Below are positions 49,701-61,700 of a stretch of 64,000 nt of DNA, in pieces. The DNA is taken from the NCBI GenBank assembly GCA_002633005.1, contig NMRA01000571.1, forward strand, positions 1 to 64,000, written 5' to 3'. The number at the start of each line of letters is the position of its first letter. Within the stretch, counting starts at the first letter, position 1. Position numbers and translations under genes: made by a program. The notes beneath the pieces were generated by a model that saw only the letters and a list, made by a program, of their open reading frames with translations, had not been told where the DNA came from and searched no databases. The DNA comes from Phoronis australis (taxonomy: Eukaryota; Animalia; Phoronida).

Positions 49701-52700
49701 AATCCCCAAATGGGATTTTAAGCTGAACAAAACTGAACATGGGTGTATAAAGAGTGAAGCATTTGAAAATTCAGTGTGGCTGTTAACCCCTAAACATCAG
49801 CAACCGATTAGCCTAAAAACTTGCCTGACATTTCAGTATTGTTGATACAGCATTTAATTAGAGAGAAATCTATATACAACAAAAAAATGCAGTAACCATA
49901 AATTTGTAAAAAATAAGCTCCAGAACGTTCTGGAGCAAGCAAACGACTAACTAATGAAAAACAAAAATTATAATTGTCATTAAACAGAAAACAAGATTTG
50001 CAATCCCTTCCAATAGGGTAAAATTGCACCAATTTCCGACAACACCATTCTCCAAAATAGCTCAAAATTTCATTGTAAGGGCCTCTTACACTGCTGTAAA
50101 TGTCCACAGCTTTTCAAAATATTATTTGTTGGTAGCAAGGTTACTGAACTGAAATATTACAAAATATGATTTAAAAAAAAAAATAGAACAAATGTTCACT
50201 TGTCCACCACATGGTATCTTGAATTGGTGACATTTATATATCTTATCATAATGTGAGTAATCATATAACATATGGCCACAGCCCGCTTACAACATGTACA
50301 TACGAATAGATGGCAGACCCCCTCCCACCATACCCTCCCACAGGGACCCTATGTCTTACCATCTTGGTCAAGTTGTGTACACAGCGTACGGGGGCCGGCC
50401 CCTGCGAGCTGCACACCATTAAGTTGATCACATGCGCATACTGCGCAAAGAGCACATTGGACTCGTCAAAAATCATGCGACTGAGAACAGCGTGCGACCT
50501 AGCAGGGCCCGAGAAATAGACGGACAGAAACACGTTAGTGGGTTGATAGCCACCAGACAAGGACAGCTCCCAAGCTATGAAGTACAGACATGGGGAACAA
50601 CGCCTACGAAATGCATGCCTGGGGTCAAACAAGGTTTAAACAAAAAGAAAAAATGTCTTGCGCATGACCATTCACAAGAAGCAAGCTAAGTATTGGCATG
50701 TTTTGGACACAAATTATTGGATGGAAAACAATCATGTCCAGTACAGTATTGCCTTCCTTCTCATTGAAGAAATAGTAAAAACTTTTTCCTCCCAGGTTCC
50801 TTTCTTTTTCAGATCAATTCTTGCAAAAAAGGTGACAGCAACAAACTGTCGAGAACCCATACTATGCCACAAAATTTGTTTGGGACTAATTTTTACTTAA
50901 GTGGCAGTGTGTAGACAACCATGTCAATTAGCCAAAACATCATACTTGCGTCAGCATGACAGTAATTCACAATACTGCAAAATGCTCATGCGCAACAGAC
51001 ACCTAAACAAAGGGGCATATCATTCTTTCACACAACCCTTAATGCACATTACAAAACAGGTTACTCCACTGCACAAAATAATCTTAGGTATTTGGAAACC
51101 AATGAGTTTAAATACCAAGCGTCTTCAACATAGTGCCATTTTGTATAACGGTCTCCGATGCAGATTACGTTTGTTGGCAGAAAAAAATTGCTTTTATTGC
51201 AAGAAACACAGTAATCACTTACAGTGGCACCATATTTTGAGGACCAAATTTCTTCACTAAATGACAGGCATTAGAGGGGCGGCTCTAAGCAACTACTACC
51301 AGAACAATTTTCAGATACCTCTGATAGTGCTAATCAGCTTATTCTAAAAATGTTACATTCAGGACTGCTATGGGAGGAAATGCACCTTTAAATAAAGACA
51401 ACAAATTAAGGCTGTAAAGAAAATGAACACGGTACCAGAAACAGGTGAAAGAAAACAACACAACAAAGCAAGAAACAAATAAGAAAACAAAAAACAAAAA
51501 TGGGTTAGTAAAAGCTGAAACTAAGAGAAAAAAAAACTGTTAGTAAAGCATGCCTACAAAGACCAAACAGTCCTAATAGCTGAATGTTTGCATATGTGCG
51601 CATTTTATGCCTGCAACAAAACGTTCGATTTGATACTAGTGTCACAGAAAGAAAACTGAAGACAAACCACTAAGCTTGCACCATAAAACATTACATGGGG
51701 TGTAAATGATGGAGCACGTCCCACAAACCAATAGTGTGGACAGTATTTTGAACATTACAACCCGCTTTCTTCCCAATCCAATAGCAATTTGCACTACCCG
51801 CCTTTCAAACAGAGACTGCACATCATGGTGAAGCAAGTATATCCATCTCATGCAGTTAGTTCAGGAGAAACCTGGTATCCTGCAGGGAATACTTTTCACG
51901 TTTCTCAGACAACCAATGAAAATGCGTCAAAACTCCTGGCAAACGGAGATCGACGATCACACAGTCGACTACATTTAACTTTAAAAACAGAGAAGAGAAA
52001 ACAACCATTTAGTTGTCTAATTCGATTTCACCCTGATCAGGCTGTAAAGATTTTTTATTCATTCATTGTCGGTGAACTTGTATGGAGAAAAGCCAGATTT
52101 TGGCAACATCATCATACAGTCAAGAAAAAGCCACATCCATGAATGATGAAATACTATCTTGCCTAGATCACCTCTATAAGGTACGAGGAACAAACTGCCA
52201 TTAGCCAACCACCACCAACAAAAAGCCTGACCCATCCCAAATTGCCATGGTAACTACCTCAGACTCTCCATCAATGACGCCCTGTTAAATGAGGTTAAAG
52301 GTTAGGGGGTCACCGCATGTAATACCATGAAACACATGCAGGTGATGGTTAATGGTTTAACCAAGCAGTGTGTTAAACATGGGTCACAGAAATGAGGTTA
52401 TGGCTATGATTTTGTCAAAGACAGAACGCTTGCAATTCAAAGGCGTTAAAATTAAGGTAGATCTGATCAGACAGTTGATTACTGAGGTCCGTCAACACAA
52501 ACATGTGGAGACATTTAGTAGGCCTTTTATACCGGACATTCAGGTGATAGAAATAGACTTGCTGGAACGTGGGACTGCATTACTATTCCCTAGCCAACTA
52601 AGTAAAAGACATGCTTATGTCACTTACAGAGATCCACATTTTGAGAAGCAGTTTTCTCCACCGAATAACTGGCATGAAACTGATTCTGAAAATCTAGGTC

Positions 52701-55700
52701 CCTGGGCTATGGCCCACAACACCAAAGGCCAGTTCACAAGCGACTGCCAACACACGAGTCATAATTCCTCTGTTGTTTCAAAAGTACTGGATGATGAATA
52801 CCGATCTTACAAATCTCGGGAATGTATTCCGTAGAGCCATGAATTGGGCGAAATCACACAAAATCACGGACGAAAAGGCAAGTGTCGCGATTAAGTTGGC
52901 GACCGTAATTAAGCTAACACGAGAAAAATTTCCGCCTGTGAAGTTACTGACTACCACAAGATTGGAATGAAGAATTATTGGAGAGAATTCAATTGCTGTC
53001 TCAGAGTTCTCATTGCAAGTTTATTATGCAAATGTCTTGGGTTACGGAAAGCACTCTAGCTTGATATTTGTACAAGTCATCACTTAGCCTAACTAAATGG
53101 ATAAATTCAGTTGACTAAGAGACGGTAATATGCAAGCAATTCCGTCAGTAACTATAGGCCTTTGGTATAAGGACATCGATGAAACATTTTTGTACAGAGA
53201 ACCAGGTGAAACTACCTCCATCTGTTGAAGAGTGATGTTGTTCTGGCACGTGGCGTGCGATTGGCTAGCCGCGGGACACAGGAGAAGCTGGAAGTTGTGG
53301 AGGTACTGCGTACCGCTGGACGTGAACAGGAACCCGCCGCTGACATCGTGAACTCTGTGGGGGGCGTGGAAGAGAGAGTGTGTGTGGATGAATATGAGAT
53401 AAAACTGAACATCATTATGTAGCACTCTTCATGTAAGAAGGCCCATGAAGCTTTGGTAGACATGTAAAAGCTAAAGAAAGGCAAAACGAGATGCTATTTT
53501 ATAGTACAAAAGGGAGTTCGGAATCCACTAGGTGACGCTTGTGAGCCAATGTTGACAATTTACGTTCCTCTGAAACATAAAGAGCAACTTCTGCTTTTCG
53601 AGGTGAACGTTGTCTGCAACGCCGCGGTAAGAAAGGAATTTGTTGCGGAAATTTTATATCAAATCCGATTTTTTTACGCAGAAATATAATAAAATGCGCG
53701 GACAGAACATTTGAAAAAAGTGGAAATCCGCGTTTCCGCGGAAAATTCCAAGCCCTGAACAGGAGAATTTTTGCTGCAGTGCTACCTCGTAAACACAAAC
53801 TTTCCCGACAAAACAGCCTAAAAATAAGACAGAGTAAAAGTCAATTTCAACACGTCGACAGGACTACAAAAGAAATGGCCTGAAAACATGTCTTACTAAC
53901 AGTAACCAGATATTAACATAAATATTCAGGGCCTCGTTTCACGAAAAGTGATATAAGACTTGAGTCGGAAATTTAGTCTTACGCTCTCAATTTGCTATTA
54001 CTGGCTGCAACTTAATATTTTTAAAGGCTATCATTAGTACATCACACTTTAGCATCAAGATTTCAAGATTATTGTAATGTTTAGACTTTAGAGTAATTAT
54101 GGGTACATTCTCAAAGACATTGTACTTTTTACTCAAGTGAGATTAGCTAATTCAGTTGTGTTAACCACAAGACCAAATGCCTGATTAAGTCTTACATCAT
54201 TTTTCATGAAATGGGTGCATGACGATCTTTTATTAACAGACGATTACAACAGACTGCCAGTATTACAACTGAAATTAATATTAATGTCTTTTGTCATTTA
54301 CTGATCAGGGACTACAACTACATCTGCTACAGCCCAGAAAAAATGATGGGATTTGAACCCACTCTTTCACAGATAGAATAAAATAATGTAAACAAGAGAC
54401 TTACTAGCTCTGTCAATGACAGATAAATGCATATATATTTTCCAAGATATTTGATATATCGGTAAAAGTTATCATTTAGTAAACCAAAAAATATCAAACC
54501 TATTGTTTAGACATGGGAAGCAGCAGTCCAGAAATGTTTGAAGGGGTGACAAATTTATCAATCGGTTTAATCTTGAGCCTGCTAAAAACTGACAGATGAG
54601 CAAACCTTACACAAAAAATCCATTCAGTGTTTTTATTGACTGTCTTACCCAGATAAGCTTGTGAAGTTGAACTGCTTGCCGTCGGCACCAGTATAGAGAC
54701 AATCGCTATAGCAGGTCTTGTGGTCGTCCGTCTTGAGTCCCTCGCCGCAGGGCTGGCAAGACTCGCGGCCAAACGCGTGGTTACTGTTGATGACTGTGTT
54801 AGGAGGGCACTGTACACAGCTCATAGACTCACTGCTGATGTACTGGCCGTCAGGACAGGGGACACAACTGTGGAGTAGGCAGGGGAGACAATTAGCTAGG
54901 TGGTGTAGTTTTGACCAAACATAGTAAAGTGTGAAGGGTTCGCAGGAGATAATCAACACTTCAGCAGATGACAAACACAGTTCCTTGACTGACTCTTAAT
55001 GGAGTGCCATTCTGGAAAATAAACACAACTGAGGACTAGACAGGCAACAGAGAGGTTTCAAGCTCGCTCTCTTCCGTGACCAACTGCTAACATGGATGAC
55101 AATCCCCAAATAATAAAGGAACCAATGAGTGAGGGTAAAAAATTGAGTCTCACTGTTCTTCACAGAGAATATCTCCACTCAATCATTCCTGCTGGATTTT
55201 AATACCGAATATTGAAAAAACCACAAGCTGTCACGTCACAAACCTTCTTCCCTTGTTGCGATTTCCCCAGCAACATTGTTGGAGAACTCACCCGTCAGCG
55301 TCGCTGGTTCGCGGACACTGCACGCATTCAGCAGCTCCACCTGTCAGCGTGTTTGTGATGTTGATGGAGTAGATACGAGCAACGTCACCTGTCCGCTTGT
55401 ACTGCACCTTGCCGTCACGGAAGGCGCTGTCGAAGGTAGTCTTCTGGAAGGCCCACGAAAACGAGACAGGCTCTGTCTTGGTGATGATGGCTCTGAGAAT
55501 GAACAAAGATCACGAGGTGGAGAAGAGGTAACATGAAATATCACCCATTTGGGACACAATATGGCTGACAAATGAAATTCTTTTTCTCATTTTTTCCAAG
55601 AAAGATATGTAACGCGTACATCCAATGCAAACATTAAGCAACCCTGCCAGCCTTATAAACAGGCAAAAACAGGACAACTGAAACTGAGTTTCATACTGAA

Positions 55701-58700
55701 AAGGATTCCTTTAATAGGTAAATGCAACACAAGCTAATGTACAACTATTATTAGAAAGTCAAGCTGATGTACATTTGATGTTAACTGTACTCACAACCAG
55801 CGACGTCACTCCAGATAAAATGCATCTATGGCAGCGACGTGTGCATAAATATTCCCAGAAACAATACCCGCATAAAGTCTCTTGTGCTGCCACCTGGAGG
55901 GAAGTCGTAGGAGCGGAACGTTATCTCAGATAATAGTAGATAGAGATAGCCGGTAAGGGCCATTTACTCACGTGTACTGCTGTTTGGATCTTTTACCCTG
56001 CCACGCCTTGATCACAGAGGCTCCCATGCTGCGCGACTCCTGCAACAACCAGTACAGTTAAGCCACACATAGCCAACATTGGGACGGCTTGTTATGAACA
56101 AGACACTGATTGCACAATATTATTACTAAACAAAATAAAGTTTAAAAAATTTATAAACCTTTAAAAGGGAGACTAACTGTTTGTTGAAATTCTAAGAATG
56201 ATTTCTCAAAACCTTGGCGGACATCAATGTTTAATAAAGGTTTACATAATAGCAAAGATTATATAAATCAAACAATGACGCCAAGAGAAGCCGGTGTTGT
56301 TAACTGAATCAAATCCCTAAGCAATGATCAAAAATGATGGGCAGAGTGTCCCTGAGACGGTACACAAATTTTCTTATTAGAAAACAACCACCATAGTCCT
56401 GTTCCCAAACATAAAAGTCGAAGATAACGGCTGCATAGAAAAACTATGAGCATTACATGTTCTTTATTGTGTGTACATCCTATGCAAACATTAAGCAACC
56501 CTGCCACCCTTATAAACATGCACAAACAGGACATCAGAACCCATTCCATAAGGAACTCATACTGAGAAGGATTTCTATTGGGTAACTGCATCACATCCAT
56601 TGAAACACAGGAATGAAGTGATTCAGTTATGAGAGTCAACCCAAAACAAATGTAGAACAAGTGTTAGAGGCAAACACTGACGGCAAATTGACGTATTCAT
56701 GACAATTTCTGCCCGTTAACAAGTTGGTCTGGATCAATCTGCACTTTCTTCTCAAAAGCAACAGACTTGTGCTGCCAAGGATTTCCCGCGTTTACACTAA
56801 CGACTTCTCCAGAGCAAATTGTTGCTGGAACAACTTGCGTCCGGTTTTTATACAGTGGAAATGGCATACAACGCAGTCAAGTAAATTTGTGTATGTTGAA
56901 AATATATTCCTGTCCAAACAATACACCGATAACACAGACAATGCAGAGCTACGTAATGATGCTAGATGACAGTACATTTGCCAAAAAAACTAAAACAGCC
57001 AAGTAACGAAGCCGACAAAAACACGTTGAGCAATGTCAAACATGGCAATTTAACCACGCATTACTTAAAGAGCGCTACAAAAAGAAAGCCAAATCCCTCC
57101 GCCCAGAACAAAACTACCTTGCTGTGGTGAGTCTGTGCATTGGATAAAAAACAAATGGCAAACGATAAAGGGTCATAACATCGGGACTGCGTTCACATAA
57201 GCAAATCTATTGTGCCTAAGGCGAGGTCACTCAAGATATTCCAAGTCTAAGGCAAAACGTTGTCCCTGTTTAACTTGATACCTGATATTTCTTTTATGGA
57301 AAATGTGGACAGCAATATGGATGTTAAATTATGAGAGTGGATCAAGAAATCATCAACAACGGACTGTTGGTACCCTACTCTCATGTTATAACATTCCAAG
57401 GCACTGCTTTAGTGAACGTGCCCCAAGCGGTAACTTAAAAACACAATGAACAAGAACAAGGCGATTAGTTGTAAAAATAAATTGTCACACACAAGAGAGG
57501 TGTTAAGGGTCTCATTAATAACAAAAAGTGACCTGGTCACATGTGGATAGTCAGCTACCGGATGAGCAAGCATGCAGCTTTCATGCGGAGAAGGATCCCT
57601 GGTAGTGCACAGAAAAATCTAGTTACCCGAAACCATAGAAAAGTGACTAACAACAAACAAGGAACAAAACCTATAAGCAAAATCAACAATTTATTGATCC
57701 ATTGGCAGCTGTCAATCTCATGACAGCATTTCCTTTCAGGATTGTGTGCACAGCCAGTCTTTTGTTACAGCTGGCTAGGTCCATTAGGTCATTGTGTTCT
57801 GGTCACTACAGAGCATTATCTGATGTTACCAGGCATGGCTTCAACCACTCTCTTCCCTGATACCTGGCTAGAGTGATGGGGCAGGCTCACTAATGGACCT
57901 GACTAATCAAATCATTACTTTTTATTCGATTCAGATGGCTCAAACAGTATCCCACTTGCTCCACAATTTTTGTAATATTTACAGCTTGTCACAGGAACTT
58001 GATTACACGACAATAGATTCATAGGTACACGCAGGTCATCTCCATTGGAAATGCATCAGGAACGAGAGAAGACAAAAGAAGATTAAAGCAATACAAGTAA
58101 GAAGTAATCCAGAACAAGAGAAGCCTTTCAAACACTTTGTCAGAGAGAACAACAGAAAACAATGCACCAGAAAACAAACTGCACACATGGGCTAGAACTT
58201 TACGGAACTCGAGGAAGCCGTTCACAGAAAAAATACAGGGAACAGTTGAGACAGATCAGAGAAATGGCAATCCATTCTGCTGCGAAAACAAAACAACATC
58301 CAACTCCTCTCCCCCGCCCAGGACATGCAAAACTGCCTTAACCATAACCAGTCTCCTGCAAGCCTAAATACTTCAAAACCTTTTTTACCTTCTTGTGCTT
58401 CTGTTAAACATGACAAGTTGACATTGTTAGTAAGTTATACGCATATATAGAGAACAGAAGAGTTAGCAAAAGCAAAACTGTCCCCGTTTCGAGAGCAGAA
58501 AAAATTCTCCAGTTTGGGGGTCACAATGAAAAACTTAACTTTGTAGAAGATTGAAATTTATACTGAATTGGGCAATATTGGCCGTTCCAAAATAAAAAAA
58601 TTACAAAAACAACAGTAACATTATATAATTCTGAAATTATGGAGGTAATGCAATATTACGGTGCCCGCTACACATTTCCGTTTAATTTGTGATTATACTT

Positions 58701-61700
58701 TGAAACACCTGACCAGTCAAGACTGATTATAGTTGACAGTGTCTGAATATTAGACCCGGACGATACAAAATGCAATGTCCCATATTTGATAAAACAAGAA
58801 TGACAAATGGAAAAATCGCCCATGTTCTAATATTTTTGACACAAGAAAATTTAATTCCAACTTTTGTGTTCCACATTAAAAGACCCCAAGTGGAGGGCTC
58901 TTATTGTAGTAAGACGGGCTTCCAAAGACGAATGGACTACAACCCCATTCTCAACAACCCAACATGGCAAATCTACGTTTCTTTAATTTTGGGTGACAAA
59001 ACCAAGTTTATTTGGTATTAATTTAATTACTTAATGTCTAGTCGTTAAGCAATTTGAAAGTTAGTTAAAGAAAATGAAAAAGTATCTTTGGACAATACAA
59101 ATTAAAGCAAAAATTGAGCTCAAGTGACACGATCTATGGTTTATGAAAGTTTCAACAGCATGAACTTTGCATTGATTTTCAGTTCTCTCCATTTTTCCAC
59201 TTTCTCTTAAACAAAGCTCAGAAAAAGAAAAACAGAATTTGCTACTTTACAAATTGGAAATGTGGACTTTCACTGTTGTCAAAACGGAATCCTTTGCTTT
59301 TGAAAATAAAAAGGAGAATTATGGTCTCAAAGTTCCAGGAAATAAAAAAACAGGAACATTATATCAACACTAGAGGCACATAACACCAACCTGCATAAAG
59401 TACATCTGACACGCTGTGTCGTCATCTGCGTTCTCAGCGCAGTCGAGCTCGAACACAAATGTGATGCGGGCGATCTCGACAGGCTTGCCATGGAAAATGC
59501 CCTCCCGTCCCTGGAAGCCGTCCACGTCCAAGAGGAGGATGAGGTAGGCATCATCGGCGTGACCTACGCCCGTGTGAATGTGGTCGTTGGCAGGCTGCCA
59601 GCCATTCTTGGTACTACACCCCGTGTCTAGAACGGCGAGAACCACAGTCATTTCAATTTGTGACACGAAACCAGACACAAAAATGACATTTTTCCACCCA
59701 TCTCCTGAGCCACTCAAAACTGCCATTCAGTTACAGCATGGGAACATACGTATTTACTTTAATTTTGTATCCAATTCTTTATTTCGCGGACTTTTAAAAC
59801 AATGCCACTGAAGGATGACACATGCGCAGCATTTAATTTTTGACGTTATACAAAAAAATGACTTAATATTTATTCACAATCGGATTTCAAACACGTTTTC
59901 ATTAATCGAAATTAATGAAAATGACCACCACACATTTGAAGGGTGGAAAACCACGTACACGATAGTGTAAATGTCAACCAAATCACATACAATTCTCCGA
60001 TTCACAAACAAAACAACAGCTCACTAATAATTAGGACAAAATGTTTGCTTATGAATAAAACACCAGGGTCAGGGTTATAGTGTCATCACCTTTTTTCTTT
60101 CCCCGATTCCATGACTTAAATTCTCACAGTTTTGCAAACAAATATAACAAAGTTCAAAATGCATAAACTAGCGATAAGACTTGCAAAAATCATGATACTA
60201 AGTTATCACCATATGAAAATTTCTGTGAATCTTCAAAAAAGGAATTTCTATGCATGAACATTGGTTCTGCCAAATCCCCAGTTTTCCCAATTTTCTGCAA
60301 GGAGCAGGAATGAGCGTTACCCCAATACTCACCATCGGTAGATATACAGCTGGCGGTCATGTTGGGTGGCATTGTATTCCACCATTTGTAAACTAGGCCT
60401 GTCTTGGGGGCGGAGTTGACCGGACATGGCTGACAGGCCTCCCGCCCTGAAATAAGATTGACAGGCGGAGATTAAAAACATGAATGCAGCCATATCATTT
60501 AACAACAGATTATACAATACAGGCAAATTTAAAGCAGATACTGCAAAAAAAAAATGGTTATCACAAAATTGAAAGCAATCTCAAATCAACTGACCCCATT
60601 TATTTCACAAGTCGGGGTAATCTTCAGGGGTCGAACCGACAAACCAGAGTTGAAATCTTTCATGTTGTAACATACCAATCGAAAGAAAACTTACTCATGG
60701 ATTGGACATTCCAAAATAATAAAATAATTATTTCATCGAAATAAGACTTTATGTTTACACCTGACAAGAGGTCTTTCAGTACTGAAAAACCAGCCGCACA
60801 CACATTATACGATAAATTGAGAAACCCAGAAACGTGAACCGACTATCGATAGCATGTATTCGTTCTCACTTTACCGTACAAATTGACATAGCAACCTACC
60901 TTTCATTTATCTAACTTTGTTTAATGTGAAAAGTTTCTATCATGCTTGAATGAAACATAGTTTGTGATTCAAATTTCTGTTTTTCAGGTTTCAAATAGGA
61001 GATCTGTAGTTCACTACAGTGCCTAACCACAAGGTAGCGTGTGTTAGACCTTCATTAAATAAGCAAAACCAATGGCGCCCTTTGACCTTACCATCGGAGA
61101 ATGTGTTCTTGGGACAGAACTGACACGACTGCTGAGTGTAGTGCATGCCGGGGTTACACGGTGGACACTCCTCCTTGACACCAGAGGCCGGCAGTTTCGC
61201 GGAGCCCGCCACGTCAGTGCGACACAGCTTGTGCTCCGCCCACTTGTACATCTTCTGTGTCTGTGGAGAAATGGCATGAGTGTAACGATTTGGAATCGCA
61301 AAAGAGCAATCATCCGACATCACGGACAAATGTCCAACAAAAAATGGAAACAAAGATTTGAATTCCACTATTGGAAGCGAAAATTTGGCATGTACAATAA
61401 CAGCCCCCGATACTATCAGTTTTACATATTAGAAGTATAACAGAAGATTCAGATGACACAGCAACTAGCCCACATCAGAAACTGACAGGTCAAGGGAGCA
61501 AGTGCATCATATAGCATTAATTCATCGTTCAAATTGTGGCTGTTTAACCATTTTACAACAGCTTACCATAAATACAGAGAAGCACTAAAACCTAATACTG
61601 GACTTACACTTCAACTGAGCAATGTTGCTTCCTCATCGCGAGGACTTGCACTAATTAATGACGTGGTGGCGTTTGGCTGACGGTGTGATCTGCACGGAAT

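Noticed and set aside
51642-51950. Third copy of the alternative ELAPOR exon
   Set aside because: Phase-compatible frames contain stops and the similarity (YLLHH, SLC) is too weak
52370-52834. 154-aa plus-strand ORF nested in an ELAPOR intron
   Set aside because: No recognisable homology or gene signals; compatible with a chance ORF
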